A stretch of DNA of 64,000 nt from Kiritimatiellia bacterium (GTDB lineage: Bacteria > Verrucomicrobiota > Kiritimatiellia > RFP12 > UBA1067). Position numbers and translations under genes: made by a program. Where the stretch lies: positions 1-64,000 of the forward strand of contig JBMNFY010000001.1 in the NCBI GenBank assembly GCA_050949565.1, read 5' to 3'. This document shows positions 9,415-18,867 of this stretch, piece by piece. Under the pieces are notes generated by a model that saw nothing but the letters and a program-made list of their open reading frames with translations, was not told the origin of the DNA and made no database searches. Within the stretch, counting starts at the first letter, position 1. Each line of letters starts with the position of its first letter.

Positions 9415-10172
9415 ACCGCATTCTCTTTGAGCCCGACGAACTGCTTGCGGACGGGACGGTGCTGCTGACCGATGCGCGTGCCGAACATCTTCGTCAGGTG
9501 TTGCGTGTCGAACCCGGCCAGATCGTCGCGACCGGTACGCTGAACGGTTTGGCGGGCGTCTCGCGTGTGCTGTCGATCGGTCCGGACGGTGTCCGCTTAT
9601 CTCCCTCGCATGATGTCGCGCTGCCGGAACCGTGGCTCGACCTGTTGCTGGCCGTGCCGCGTCCCAAAGTGCTGAAGCGCCTCTGGCCGCAGCTCGCGGC
9701 ACTGGGGGTCGGACGTGTGGTCTTGCTCAACGCCGCCAAGGTCGAGAAGTGTTACTTCAGCAGTCGGTGGGTGGAGCCTTCTTCTTACCGTCCGTTGCTG
9801 ATCGAGGGGTTGATGCAGGCGGGGCTCACGCGTCTGCCCGAGGTAACGGTTGCGCCACGCTTCAAACCGTTTGTTGAGGATGATCTGGAACGGCTTTTTC
9901 CCGAGACCGTGCGCTTGCTCGCGCATCCGGGAGCGCCCACCGGCCTGCCGCCTTGCGACAGCGTGCGCCGCATGCGGCCGCTGTTAGCCGTCGGTCCCGA
10001 GGGGGGCTGGACCGACTATGAGACCGAACACCTGCTCGCGCGCGGCTTCCATCTCTTTTCATTGGGCGAGCGTGTCCTGCGATCCGACACCGCCTGCATC
10101 GCGCTGATTGCCGTGCTGGAGTGGTGTAAACGCAGAATACAGAACGTCGAACGCCCAACATCGAACCACTAG
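9411..10172 (+). CDS. rsmE: 16S rRNA m3U1498 methyltransferase
   Basis: HLRQVLR, AVGPEGGW, SLGERVLRSDTA (SPOUT motifs). Confidence 0.9.
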   Translation: MNRILFEPDELLADGTVLLTDARAEHLRQVLRVEPGQIVATGTLNGLAGVSRVLSIGPDGVRLSPSHDVALPEPWLDLLLAVPRPKVLKRLWPQLAALGVGRVVLLNAAKVEKCYFSSRWVEPSSYRPLLIEGLMQAGLTRLPEVTVAPRFKPFVEDDLERLFPETVRLLAHPGAPTGLPPCDSVRRMRPLLAVGPEGGWTDYETEHLLARGFHLFSLGERVLRSDTACIALIAVLEWCKRRIQNVERPTSNH

Positions 10173-10243
10173 TCCCTGCTTTTGTGCATGTGCGGAGGAT
10201 GGTTTCATGCTTCTGTTTTGTTCCTTTCGTACGCAAAACACAG

Positions 10244-10273
10244 TTGACACGTCCTCCTGATAAGGCGTATGCT
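10244..10273 (+). promoter_or_regulatory. Putative sigma70 promoter for locus A
   Basis: TTGACA (10244-10249), 18 bp spacer, TATGCT (10268-10273). Confidence 0.5.
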
Positions 10274-10299
10274 GGCCTTACGTTTTACGTAGGAAGAGG

Positions 10300-10530
10300 T
10301 GTGTTCTCAACGGTGTGTCGGTTTTCCCGCGCTGACAGCAGGGGGAAGCCGGCCGTTGTTTGAGAGACACGCCCGCATATTTTGATTTTGCGCTTACGCG
10401 CATTAACGCTTCCCCAGAAGAAACCGCCAGTTTTCGTAGCGAAGCGAGATGCTCGGAGGTGCGCCGCTACGGCGCGCCTCCAGTCTCGTGTTTCGCTACG
10501 GGCGCCTGGCGGTTGCCTTCTGGGAGGCAC
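10300..10530 (+). other. Highly structured leader with two long imperfect hairpins
   Basis: Hairpin 1 ~10301-10370 (GTGT-TCTCAA-CGG..CGGTTTTCCC / GGGAAGCCG..CCG..TTGAGA-ACAC); hairpin 2 ~10412-10527 (CCAGAAG, AACCGCCAG, CGTAGCGAA, GGAGGTGCGCCG-CTA-CGGCGCGCCTCC and their complements). Confidence 0.6.
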
Positions 10531-10650
10531 GGGCTGGAGTCCGCGCCCTTTTTTGCGCGGGGCACTTAGAGGCGGATTTCAAAGGAGGTTGCGGATGGAA
10601 CGGGGAAAGGCTCGGATGTGGAATTTGACTGATGATTTTGCGCTTGGGGG

Positions 10651-13377
10651 GTGGCTGTGAGCGCGCCCGGCATGCATTGGCAGACACTCCTCGTGCTGGC
10701 TTTCTGCGTCGCGTGGATTGCCGCCGTTTGTCACGAACGCCAGACCTTCAAGCGTCTCGCATCTGCCATTGCGGGCGTGTGGGCGTCTTGGCCGCCCGTG
10801 TTGCGCGCTCTTGCCGCCGCTTTCCTGGTATGCTGCACGCTGGACGCGCAGAAGTCGGGCGGCACGAACCAGACGGCAGGGGCCAGCGCCGGCGGTGCGG
10901 CGGGAGCCCCGGCTGCCGCGCCGTCGGCCCCGTCGAACCAAACGTCTGGCGGCGCTGCCGCCATGCCTGCGGAGGCAGGCGCGCCCGCTCCCGCGCTTCC
11001 GACGCTGGCGGACGGCACCAACTGCTGGTGGATCGCCGAGGGGCGCAGCCCGGCGGACACGGACATGGACGGCATGCCCGACGCTTGGGAGCGCGTCTTC
11101 GGGCTTGACCCGCTCGATCCTTCCGATGCCGCCAGCGACCATGACCGCGACGGGCTGACCGCGCTGGAAGAGTTCCTGAACAGAACACACCCGCGACGGC
11201 GGGACACAGACGGCGACGGCATGCCCGACGCCTGGGAGGCGGCGCACCGGCCCTTCCTCTGTCCCTGGCTGCCGGACGACGCCCTGGACGCGGATGAGGA
11301 CGGGCTGGACAACTTCCACGAGTACGCGCTGGGCTGCGATCCGGGCGACCCAGACTCCAATGATGACGGGCGGCCCGACGGCGAGGAGGCGGACGCGGGC
11401 GTGAACCCCCTCCTTGCGCAGGCGGACTGGGCGGCCTACGGCACGGCCCTGTTCTCCGTGCGGGTTGACGGGCTGCGCGCCGCGCGCCGCGCGGGCGTGT
11501 CTGTCGGGCATATCACGCACTCGGGGGTGTCTAAACGGACGTACGCGCTCGCCGCCGGGGAAAGCTATACGGTCACCGTCACGGACCTCGACCCGGACAA
11601 CACCAACGCCTGCTCGGGCACGGTGACCCTGTGGTTCGACGGCGCGACGGACATCTCCGGCCTCACGAACGCCGCGCCCGGATCGGCGCAATCCTTCGGC
11701 CCCGGCTTTACGGTCACCTTCCCGATCGGGTTCCCACTGCCGCCGGACGGGGGCGGCGGGAGCGGTGGCGGGGGCGGCGGGCAGTCGACCTCCGGGACGG
11801 TCACGTTCGTCGGGATCGATCTCGACGCGCCGTACACCATCTGCTGTCCGGTCCACGCGGGCGACTCGTTCACCGCGACGGCCCGCATCCATCCCGAAGG
11901 CGCGCAGATTCCGGGATGGCCCTCCTGGTCGTTCAGCTCCGGGCACGTCTCTCCGTCGGCGGGGGCGATGTCGGTGACCGTGGTGTTCGACGAATCCTTC
12001 ACGGACTGCGGGGTCGGCGCCACCGCCATTTCGCTCGGCACCCTCTCCTGCCAGATCGGCGACCGGACCGTCTCGCGCGACATCTCCTCCTGCGACATCG
12101 ACGACCCGGAGGAGGAGCCGGACTGGGACGGGCAGAGGTTCATCGCGCACCTGGAGGAAGACATCTATCCCGCGGAGCTCACCTACGCGCTCGCGCACAG
12201 CACCAACACCGTGCCGTTCGTCTGGCACGGGCCATCCCGCGACCGGGTGCTTTCCTGGGAGATCAGCGGCAGCGCGCGTTTCCTCGAGGACGGCCAGGAG
12301 AAGACCCGGGTCAAGAACGCGGACTCGGTCGCCGTCCTGCCGAAGGGCGCGGTCGGGCAGTCGCGCATCACCGCGAAGGTCAGGATCGGCGACCGCCAGA
12401 CCGTCACCGACACCGTCCTGTTCGGAACCGTCTCCCTGCGGGCCGAGCCGGTCCACAGTTTCTCGATCGGCCCCAACATCAACCCGTGCGGGCTCTTTGT
12501 CGGCGATACGGCGGTCCTTTACCTTGGGGCGGACGGCGTGGATCCGGCGCACATCCGCTGGAGCACTCGTTCCGGCGCGGTCGCGCTCGGGGCGAACTCG
12601 GCAGGTTCCCTCATCATCGAGCAGACCATCTCCGGGGCCGGCCCCGGCGCGGACACGGTCTCCGCGAACATCGACTATCTGTGGGGCGCGGGCCCGCCGC
12701 AGTACAACCTGACGGTGTACGCGCCGGAGCCCCCCATCCCCGTGCATTTCATGTTCATCTGCGACGACAACGGCAATCACGTCGGATCGGCGTCCGACAT
12801 CCCCTCCCTCATTGCGGACGTCAACTACATCTACCGCCAGGCCGGCATCCGCTTTGTGCGGGCCTCCGTCGCGTACACGAACAATAATTTCTGGTATCAG
12901 CATTCGTACAGCAATCAGGTTCAAGAGGCTATCGTTGATCTCCGCACAGGTACGGACGGGCTGGAGGTCTACATTGTCCCGGACATCGCGACAAACGTTC
13001 CCGGGAGAAATTATCCTGATAAAGGCATCTTGATGACGGGCACCGGCTCTGCCCGCACCCTCGCGCATGAGATCGGGCATGAGTGCGGGTGGGGGGACAT
13101 CTACACTTCCGCGCCCGGCCAGCCGCAAATGACGACGGTGCTTTCACCGGATCATTTGACGCCTGCCGACTGGAACAACGGGCCGGGGCCGCAGGAATAC
13201 TATCCGCGCGGGTTGCCGCTGGCGGCCGTGATCAAGCGGTGCCTGATGTTCGGGTACACATCGGGCGGCCACGACCTGCCCATGGGTTCGGTCAAGGGGT
13301 ATGATAGGGACGGGATATTTGGTTTCGTCCAGGTCGGGACATACTGGATGGATCGAAGACCGGCTCACAGTGAATAG
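10651..13377 (+). CDS. Large exported protein: membrane leader, DxDxDG Ca-binding repeats, C-terminal metzincin metallopeptidase (putative polymorphic effector A)
   Basis: Leader ends CCTLDAQK; DTDMDGMPDAWE/DHDRDG/DTDGDGMPDAWE/DADEDG repeats; TLAHEIGHECGWGD plus CLMFG Met-turn; alternative start at ATG 10672. Confidence 0.75.
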   Translation: MAVSAPGMHWQTLLVLAFCVAWIAAVCHERQTFKRLASAIAGVWASWPPVLRALAAAFLVCCTLDAQKSGGTNQTAGASAGGAAGAPAAAPSAPSNQTSGGAAAMPAEAGAPAPALPTLADGTNCWWIAEGRSPADTDMDGMPDAWERVFGLDPLDPSDAASDHDRDGLTALEEFLNRTHPRRRDTDGDGMPDAWEAAHRPFLCPWLPDDALDADEDGLDNFHEYALGCDPGDPDSNDDGRPDGEEADAGVNPLLAQADWAAYGTALFSVRVDGLRAARRAGVSVGHITHSGVSKRTYALAAGESYTVTVTDLDPDNTNACSGTVTLWFDGATDISGLTNAAPGSAQSFGPGFTVTFPIGFPLPPDGGGGSGGGGGGQSTSGTVTFVGIDLDAPYTICCPVHAGDSFTATARIHPEGAQIPGWPSWSFSSGHVSPSAGAMSVTVVFDESFTDCGVGATAISLGTLSCQIGDRTVSRDISSCDIDDPEEEPDWDGQRFIAHLEEDIYPAELTYALAHSTNTVPFVWHGPSRDRVLSWEISGSARFLEDGQEKTRVKNADSVAVLPKGAVGQSRITAKVRIGDRQTVTDTVLFGTVSLRAEPVHSFSIGPNINPCGLFVGDTAVLYLGADGVDPAHIRWSTRSGAVALGANSAGSLIIEQTISGAGPGADTVSANIDYLWGAGPPQYNLTVYAPEPPIPVHFMFICDDNGNHVGSASDIPSLIADVNYIYRQAGIRFVRASVAYTNNNFWYQHSYSNQVQEAIVDLRTGTDGLEVYIVPDIATNVPGRNYPDKGILMTGTGSARTLAHEIGHECGWGDIYTSAPGQPQMTTVLSPDHLTPADWNNGPGPQEYYPRGLPLAAVIKRCLMFGYTSGGHDLPMGSVKGYDRDGIFGFVQVGTYWMDRRPAHSE

Positions 13378-13407
13378 TCCGACGTGATAAAGGCAAAGGA
13401 GGAAGCA

Positions 13408-14709
13408 ATGATAACAAGGTGTATTTTTTTGACCGCGTTGATATTCGGCATGTGTTGGGTTTCTTTTGGGCAATACACAAGCCCGACAGATTCCGGCACG
13501 CGTATCCATAAGGTGGCCCCGACGACGAGGCCGTGGTATGAACCGGACGGCTCGCTGGAGTCGCTGAATGCGGGGTGCAACCTTGGGAACTCGGCCGGGA
13601 TGATCCGGATCATGAAAGAGGGGCTGGTCGGAGAACAGTGCCCGCTTGCGTCAACCCTTCCGGGTACCAAGAAATATATCACGAGAATTTCCGAAGCGCT
13701 TCACCGGAGCGGAGATTCCCCGGAGATCACCAACACCCTGCATCGGGCACTGCTCACGCCGAAGAACCTCTACCTCGATATCATCCTGCACGCCTACATC
13801 ATGGCCTCGCCCGTGCCGATGACGTTTCTTGCGGAAACGGTGGTCAAGGAGTTCCCCGCAGGACAGCGGAAAGCGTGGTACGCCGCAGCCGGGGAGAAGG
13901 CCCTGTACGGGAATTCCTGGGAGGACAGCCTCCTCGACCGCCCGTCACGGGAGGTGCTGCGGTATTCGCACTTCCTGAACCGGGCCAAGGCCCTTGAAAC
14001 AGACCCCGAGTGTCTGCGGGTCATCGGGAATCCCTTCGATCCCGGGCGGGAGGCTTTCCCGACGCCGGCGCCGGGCGGCGGGAAGGAGGGAGGGGAGAGG
14101 CGCGTCGCGCCCAACGGAGCCGCGCAGTTTATTTCCTGGGTCGCCCCGACAGCGCGGCCGTGGTACGAGGCGGACGACTCGCTGCGAACCGTCAACGCGA
14201 GGCTGGCGCACGGCAGGGACGGGGGGATGATCGGCCTGATCGGGGCAGAACTCCTGTCGCGGGATACGCCGCTCGCGCGGACGTCCGAGGGGACGTCGGA
14301 ATATGTCGCGGAGCTTCTCGGCATCCTCTGGCGGAACGGGGACTCGCCGGAGATCACCAACATCCTGCATCAGGCCTTGCTCGCGCCGACCAACCATTAC
14401 CGCGAGGCCACGTTCCGCGCCTACGTGATGGCCTCGCCCGTGCCGATGACGGTTCTCGCAGAGACCGTGGTCAAGAGTTTCCCCCTTGAAGAGAGGAAGG
14501 CGTGGTATGCCAGATCCGGATCGAAAAAATTGAAAACACATAGCTGGATAGACCGTTCCATCGACCGCCCGTCCCGCGAGTCGCTGCGGTATTCGCACTT
14601 CCTCAACCGCGTCAAGGTTCTCGAGACCGACCCCGATTGTCTGCGGATCATCGGCGACATCGTTGATCCAAAGTGGGAGTGTCAACAAGAGAGGAAGGAT
14701 GAAAAATGA
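13408..14709 (+). CDS. Secreted protein with two tandem ~180-aa repeats (putative partner/immunity protein)
   Basis: RBS AAGGAGG, signal peptide; duplicated VAPTxRPWYE...GDSPEITN...MASPVPMT..AETVVK.FP...DRPSRE.LRYSHFLNR.K.LETDP.CLR. Confidence 0.7.
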   Translation: MITRCIFLTALIFGMCWVSFGQYTSPTDSGTRIHKVAPTTRPWYEPDGSLESLNAGCNLGNSAGMIRIMKEGLVGEQCPLASTLPGTKKYITRISEALHRSGDSPEITNTLHRALLTPKNLYLDIILHAYIMASPVPMTFLAETVVKEFPAGQRKAWYAAAGEKALYGNSWEDSLLDRPSREVLRYSHFLNRAKALETDPECLRVIGNPFDPGREAFPTPAPGGGKEGGERRVAPNGAAQFISWVAPTARPWYEADDSLRTVNARLAHGRDGGMIGLIGAELLSRDTPLARTSEGTSEYVAELLGILWRNGDSPEITNILHQALLAPTNHYREATFRAYVMASPVPMTVLAETVVKSFPLEERKAWYARSGSKKLKTHSWIDRSIDRPSRESLRYSHFLNRVKVLETDPDCLRIIGDIVDPKWECQQERKDEK

Positions 14710-15458
14710 TGACGATGCTGATGGGTGTTTTGCTGTGCTTTTTAGGCGCTTTTCATGCGTCTGCCGCCGTGGTGTCGCAATGCGAGGCTGTCGCGGACAG
14801 GGTGCTCGTGAATGCGGACGGTTGTGTGCTGTCATGGATATCTTTGCGCGAAGGGGCGGCATGGAGCCCGGCCATCGCGGGGGCGACGTCTTGGGGATTG
14901 CCCGCGTTGGAAACGGAGGGGATCACGTTCGATACGCCGGGCGCCCCGGCCTCGCCGTTCTGCTCCAGCACCATTTCGGTTTCGACGCTCTTCATCGTAG
15001 CGTGTCCGGCAGAATCATCCAACCACTTTGCCGCACTTGTCGAGGCCCCCGGGGCGTCTGTGACAGTGGCTGCCCGTGCTTTGCCGCTGACCTACGACCC
15101 CGAGGATGCCGGAGGGCTTTCCGTACGCGTCAACGGCCAACCGGTGTGGACGTTTCCCGACGGGCGGCATATCGTGGAGGTTGATTTCGCGCAGGCCGTG
15201 CCCGGCTGCGACCTTCGGATAGGCGGGGTCTCGGCATGCGCTTCATGGCGGCAGTCATGGCGCGGCCATATATCGGAGGTTGTCGCGTTTGACACGTCGC
15301 CCGATGAGGCTGTCCGCCGGACTGTCCGAAGCTACCTCGCCCGCCGCCACGGTGTCGCGGGATACTTCCCGCCGCCCGGACCCGAGGCCGTTCTGCAGGC
15401 CATGTCGCTCGGCCTGTATACGCATTCTCTTTTCTCTACGTGGCTATTCATGCGATAA
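14706..15458 (+). CDS. Secreted LamG-like accessory protein, paralogue of 51926-52903
   Basis: Signal peptide; AALVEAP, VEVDF, WRGHISEVVAFD...VRSYLARRHG; ends STWLFMR. Confidence 0.65.
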   Translation: MMTMLMGVLLCFLGAFHASAAVVSQCEAVADRVLVNADGCVLSWISLREGAAWSPAIAGATSWGLPALETEGITFDTPGAPASPFCSSTISVSTLFIVACPAESSNHFAALVEAPGASVTVAARALPLTYDPEDAGGLSVRVNGQPVWTFPDGRHIVEVDFAQAVPGCDLRIGGVSACASWRQSWRGHISEVVAFDTSPDEAVRRTVRSYLARRHGVAGYFPPPGPEAVLQAMSLGLYTHSLFSTWLFMR

Positions 15459-15589
15459 GTCACGTATGCCACGTACTGTTTTTTGTCTTATGCGCCCGAG
15501 AAGCGGGAAATCGTGTCAACCGTGTCTGAAAATCGCTGTCCACTTTTTCAGAAACGCAAAATCTTCATACGTCTCTGTTGCCAACCGGA

Positions 15590-17242
15590 TTACCGTCGCG
15601 ATCTGTCCGCGCCGTACAGGTAGAGTGCGCCGTAGCTCCATGTGGGCGGCTTGACTCCAGTGAAGTTGGCGCGGTCCATCGTCAGCAGCACGTACCGGTG
15701 GGGATAGCCTTCGGGCAACGGCACGATGCCAGCCCAGACACGTCCGGCGGGCTTGGGCCAATGGGGCTGGAAATCCATGCTGATTTCGCCGAGTTCCTTG
15801 AGCGACGGATAGGCGTGGGCGCGCAGGTTGCCGTGTCCGCCCATCAGGGCGTAGACCGTGCCGCCGATACGTGAGAGGGTGGTGCCGGTGGCGTTCGCGC
15901 CGATGGGCGGCGTGATCGTCGTGAATGCGCCGTCCCATGTGTCGGCCTCGTGCAGGCTGGCGGTGATGTTGCCTTTGCCGTTGACCCGTGTGAAGGTGCT
16001 GGTGAGCAGACGCCACTTGCCAGCGGCCGCGTCGTAAAAAATGCTGGGGTCTTCGTGGCGTCCGGCCAACTGCGTGTTGGGGATCAGCGCGGCACGCATC
16101 ACCGAAAAGCCACGGCGCGGATCCTTGGTGGAGCGCGCCCGGAAGAGTTGGCTTTCGGCGCGTCCTTCACGGTTCGAACTGCCGCCGAAGTCACTTGAGA
16201 AAGCCCGCCATTCAGCGGCAGAACGATCGTAAAACAGATGCGAGGCCACTGCGTTGCGCAACAATCCGTCGTCAAAATCAAAAGCGATGACACCCTCGAA
16301 GCGCAAGTCGAACACGGAGGGGTCGAGGCTGAAGACACCTTGCGACGGATGCGGCAGGGCAATTCCGCGCATGGAGAAGGTGAACCAGAGGCGTCCGTCC
16401 TCTAGGAAGGGTGTCAGGTCTTCGTAGGTGACGGCGCGGATGTCGGCCTGTCCCATGCCGGCGGAGAGGCAGGCGCGTGCGCTGCGGATTACGGCGCGGC
16501 CTTGTCCGTTGAAAAGCAGGTTGAAGGTGCTGTGCCGGGCAGTTTCGCGGCGGCGGAAATCCAGGACATCGCCGAAGTGTTGCCTGCCAGCTTTTTCATG
16601 CGACGCCGAGTCATCGGTATGGCCGTGGTAGGCGGTCACGCCATCCTTTTCGGTGAAGAGCGCGATGTTGCGTCCGGAAAGTTGCGCCCTGAGGACAAAC
16701 GGACAGGCCGGGAGTTTTGAAGCAAAGCGGATCTCGCGGACTTGGCGTCCCGCCTGCCAGACACGCAGGAACAGACCGGCTTCCGCGCCGGCGCGGGCAA
16801 CAGCTTGGATGCGGTCACGCAGACCGTGGCGCGCAAGGTCGATCGCCACTTCGGTCGAGGCACCCTCGGCGGGTGCCGTGAGTTCGTCGATCGCAACATC
16901 GTAGGTCGCGAACGGGTTGACCGCCCCGACGTAGATGCACACAGGGGTGCCGGCAGGCGTGCCGCTCAGTTCGAGACGCCCGCGGCTGCGGGTCGGGACG
17001 AAGGCGGTATCACACACAGGCGTGTCGTTTGAAGAGACGAGGAAGGCCGGGTGTATGGAGGTGAAGTCCACCGTCTCGGCCGGCGCGAGTTCAGCGAGCG
17101 GGATGTGTTGCGAGAAGACGAAACGGCGTGCGGCCAGGCGTTGGAATTGCAGGGCCAGCACATCGTCTGCTGCGTCGGCCGTCAGCGCGCATGCGACGAC
17201 TCCAACGACACCTATTTTCCAGCATTCAAGGATTCTTTTCAT
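15590..17242 (-). CDS. Secreted hypothetical protein with probable five-bladed beta-propeller glycoside hydrolase C-terminal domain
   Basis: Signal peptide MKRILECW..ACALTADA; QADIR, HEDPSIFYD...KWRLL blade motifs. Confidence 0.55.
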   Translation of the reverse strand: MKRILECWKIGVVGVVACALTADAADDVLALQFQRLAARRFVFSQHIPLAELAPAETVDFTSIHPAFLVSSNDTPVCDTAFVPTRSRGRLELSGTPAGTPVCIYVGAVNPFATYDVAIDELTAPAEGASTEVAIDLARHGLRDRIQAVARAGAEAGLFLRVWQAGRQVREIRFASKLPACPFVLRAQLSGRNIALFTEKDGVTAYHGHTDDSASHEKAGRQHFGDVLDFRRRETARHSTFNLLFNGQGRAVIRSARACLSAGMGQADIRAVTYEDLTPFLEDGRLWFTFSMRGIALPHPSQGVFSLDPSVFDLRFEGVIAFDFDDGLLRNAVASHLFYDRSAAEWRAFSSDFGGSSNREGRAESQLFRARSTKDPRRGFSVMRAALIPNTQLAGRHEDPSIFYDAAAGKWRLLTSTFTRVNGKGNITASLHEADTWDGAFTTITPPIGANATGTTLSRIGGTVYALMGGHGNLRAHAYPSLKELGEISMDFQPHWPKPAGRVWAGIVPLPEGYPHRYVLLTMDRANFTGVKPPTWSYGALYLYGADRSRR

Positions 17243-17894
17243 TGGGTTCCATCTCCGGTGGGATTGTGAGTGGCGGCAGCGGCCGTTCTGGCGCGGGGAG
17301 CGATTGAAACGCACACTGACCGATCGGCAAACCTTGGTTACGAAAGATATATTCGAACTCGGTCTGTTCATGCGGGGCGCGCTCCATCGCAGAAATTTCA
17401 CAGAAGCGCGAGTCGGCAGTGAGCCGCGCTCTGATTGTGGAAAAATAATCGAGGTGGTCGGTTGCGATCTGCACGGTGCCGCCGATCTCAAGACGGGTCC
17501 AGAGCGCGTCGATAAAAAGCGGCGAGAAGAGACGGCGATTGTGGTGGTGGCGCTTGGGCCAGGGGTCTGGGAAAAACACGTAGACGGTACGTATGCGGTG
17601 GGCCGGTAGCAGGTAGTAAAACGTGTAGAACGCTTCGAGGCGGAGAATGCGGAGGTTGTCGAGTTTCAGGCGTGTGGCCTTCTTGTCCAATCTGGTCACG
17701 CGCGACAGCATGCGTTCGATGCCGAGGTACTGGACATCAGGATTCTGTGCCGCACGCGCGGTGAGGAAACGCCCCTTGCCGCAGCCGATCTCGACCTCAA
17801 GCGGCCGCGCGGGATCGAACAGCGTGTCGATCGGCAGGGGCTCGGTCAGGCTGGTCACCGGGATGACGTGGGAGAGACGGGGAGGTACAGACAT
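17226..17894 (-). CDS. trmB: tRNA (guanine-N7)-methyltransferase
   Basis: EVEIGCGKGRFL, FFPDPWPKRHH..RR, ATDH..YF, TEFE. Confidence 0.94.
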   Translation of the reverse strand: MSVPPRLSHVIPVTSLTEPLPIDTLFDPARPLEVEIGCGKGRFLTARAAQNPDVQYLGIERMLSRVTRLDKKATRLKLDNLRILRLEAFYTFYYLLPAHRIRTVYVFFPDPWPKRHHHNRRLFSPLFIDALWTRLEIGGTVQIATDHLDYFSTIRARLTADSRFCEISAMERAPHEQTEFEYIFRNQGLPIGQCAFQSLPAPERPLPPLTIPPEMEPNEKNP

Positions 17895-17936
17895 AAACGC
17901 AGAGACAATGATGGTGAGTGTGAGAAGGGTAGCGAC

Positions 17937-18371
17937 TCATTGGGGCGGCGCGTCGGCTGGCGCGGCCAGACATCCGAGCGCGGCGAGGAAGGTCTGGGAA
18001 GGACGGACCGGGCGCAGGGTCTTACTGTCAACATGGGCGTGGACCGTGTAGCCCTCGGCGAGCAGGTGCCCGTCGCGCCGCACTTCGCAGGCGATCTTAA
18101 GTCGAACGCCCTTGAAGGAATCGATCCAGGCGACAATCTCCAAGAGGTCATCATAGGTGGCGGGCGTGTGGTAGCGCACATACGCCTCCAGCACCGGCAG
18201 GGCGTGCCCGGCGGCCTCCAGCTCGCGGTAGGTGAAGCCGCAGGCACGCATCAACTCGTTGCGGCCGCGCTCGAAAAGGGTCAGATAGTTGGCGTAGTAG
18301 ACCACATGCATCTGATCGGTGTCGGCATACGGCACACGGTAGGGGATGGTGACGCGTTTCGGTTCAGACAT
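17937..18371 (-). CDS. Acyl-CoA thioesterase (YbgC/4HBT family)
   Basis: RVPYADTDQMHVVYYANYLTLFERGR; divergent from tolQRA. Confidence 0.9.
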   Translation of the reverse strand: MSEPKRVTIPYRVPYADTDQMHVVYYANYLTLFERGRNELMRACGFTYRELEAAGHALPVLEAYVRYHTPATYDDLLEIVAWIDSFKGVRLKIACEVRRDGHLLAEGYTVHAHVDSKTLRPVRPSQTFLAALGCLAAPADAPPQ

Positions 18372-18588
18372 CTACGGGCTCCTTTATTTGATCCAGGGCA
18401 AGTGTAAGGGGCGCGGTTGGGAAAAGCAACTCCCGATATAAAGCCCCCAAGCATCGCAAGTGAAAACGCATTGTAAAAAGTAATCGGTTGGTGACGGGGG
18501 GGATGAAGTTCGTGCGTTTCTGGTTTCATTACGAACCGCTGTTGTGTGTGTGGCTAGTGTTTTTCGACGTTAAAGGCCAAACTCCAGA

Positions 18589-18614
18589 GGGTCACATATT
18601 CGAATATGTGACCC
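18589..18614. repeat. Perfect 26-bp palindrome
   Basis: GGGTCACATATTCGAATATGTGACCC is its own reverse complement. Confidence 0.85.
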
Positions 18615-18867
18615 AGGGGTGTGCAAGGGGTTCGCCGTGGGCGTCGCCTGTGCCCCGTCGATACGGCATCTGGTTTGCGGGGTACGGGAAAACGCTCAAC
18701 TCCCGACGTTCAAGAAAATGCGCACGCACAAAACATGCGCTTGACTCGCGTGCCTCCTGCCACTGATCGATTACTTTTTCGACAACGCAGGATTGACATC
18801 CGGCGCGGCGTGGCGCATGCTACAGATGTCCCTTTATCTTATCCCTTTGGCTAAGGAGGCCACGCGA

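Noticed and set aside
10579-13128. 849-aa minus-strand ORF and other long antisense ORFs (e.g. 29851-31581, 31603-33279, 52860-54710, 20906-22813)
   Set aside because: Shadow ORFs of GC-rich genes on the opposite strand; Arg/Gly-rich with no motifs.
15544-15555. 12-bp TTTTTCAGAAAC shared between the locus A 3' flank and the locus B 5' flank (~51773)
   Set aside because: Too short and AT-rich to exclude chance; the positions relative to the two loci are inconsistent.
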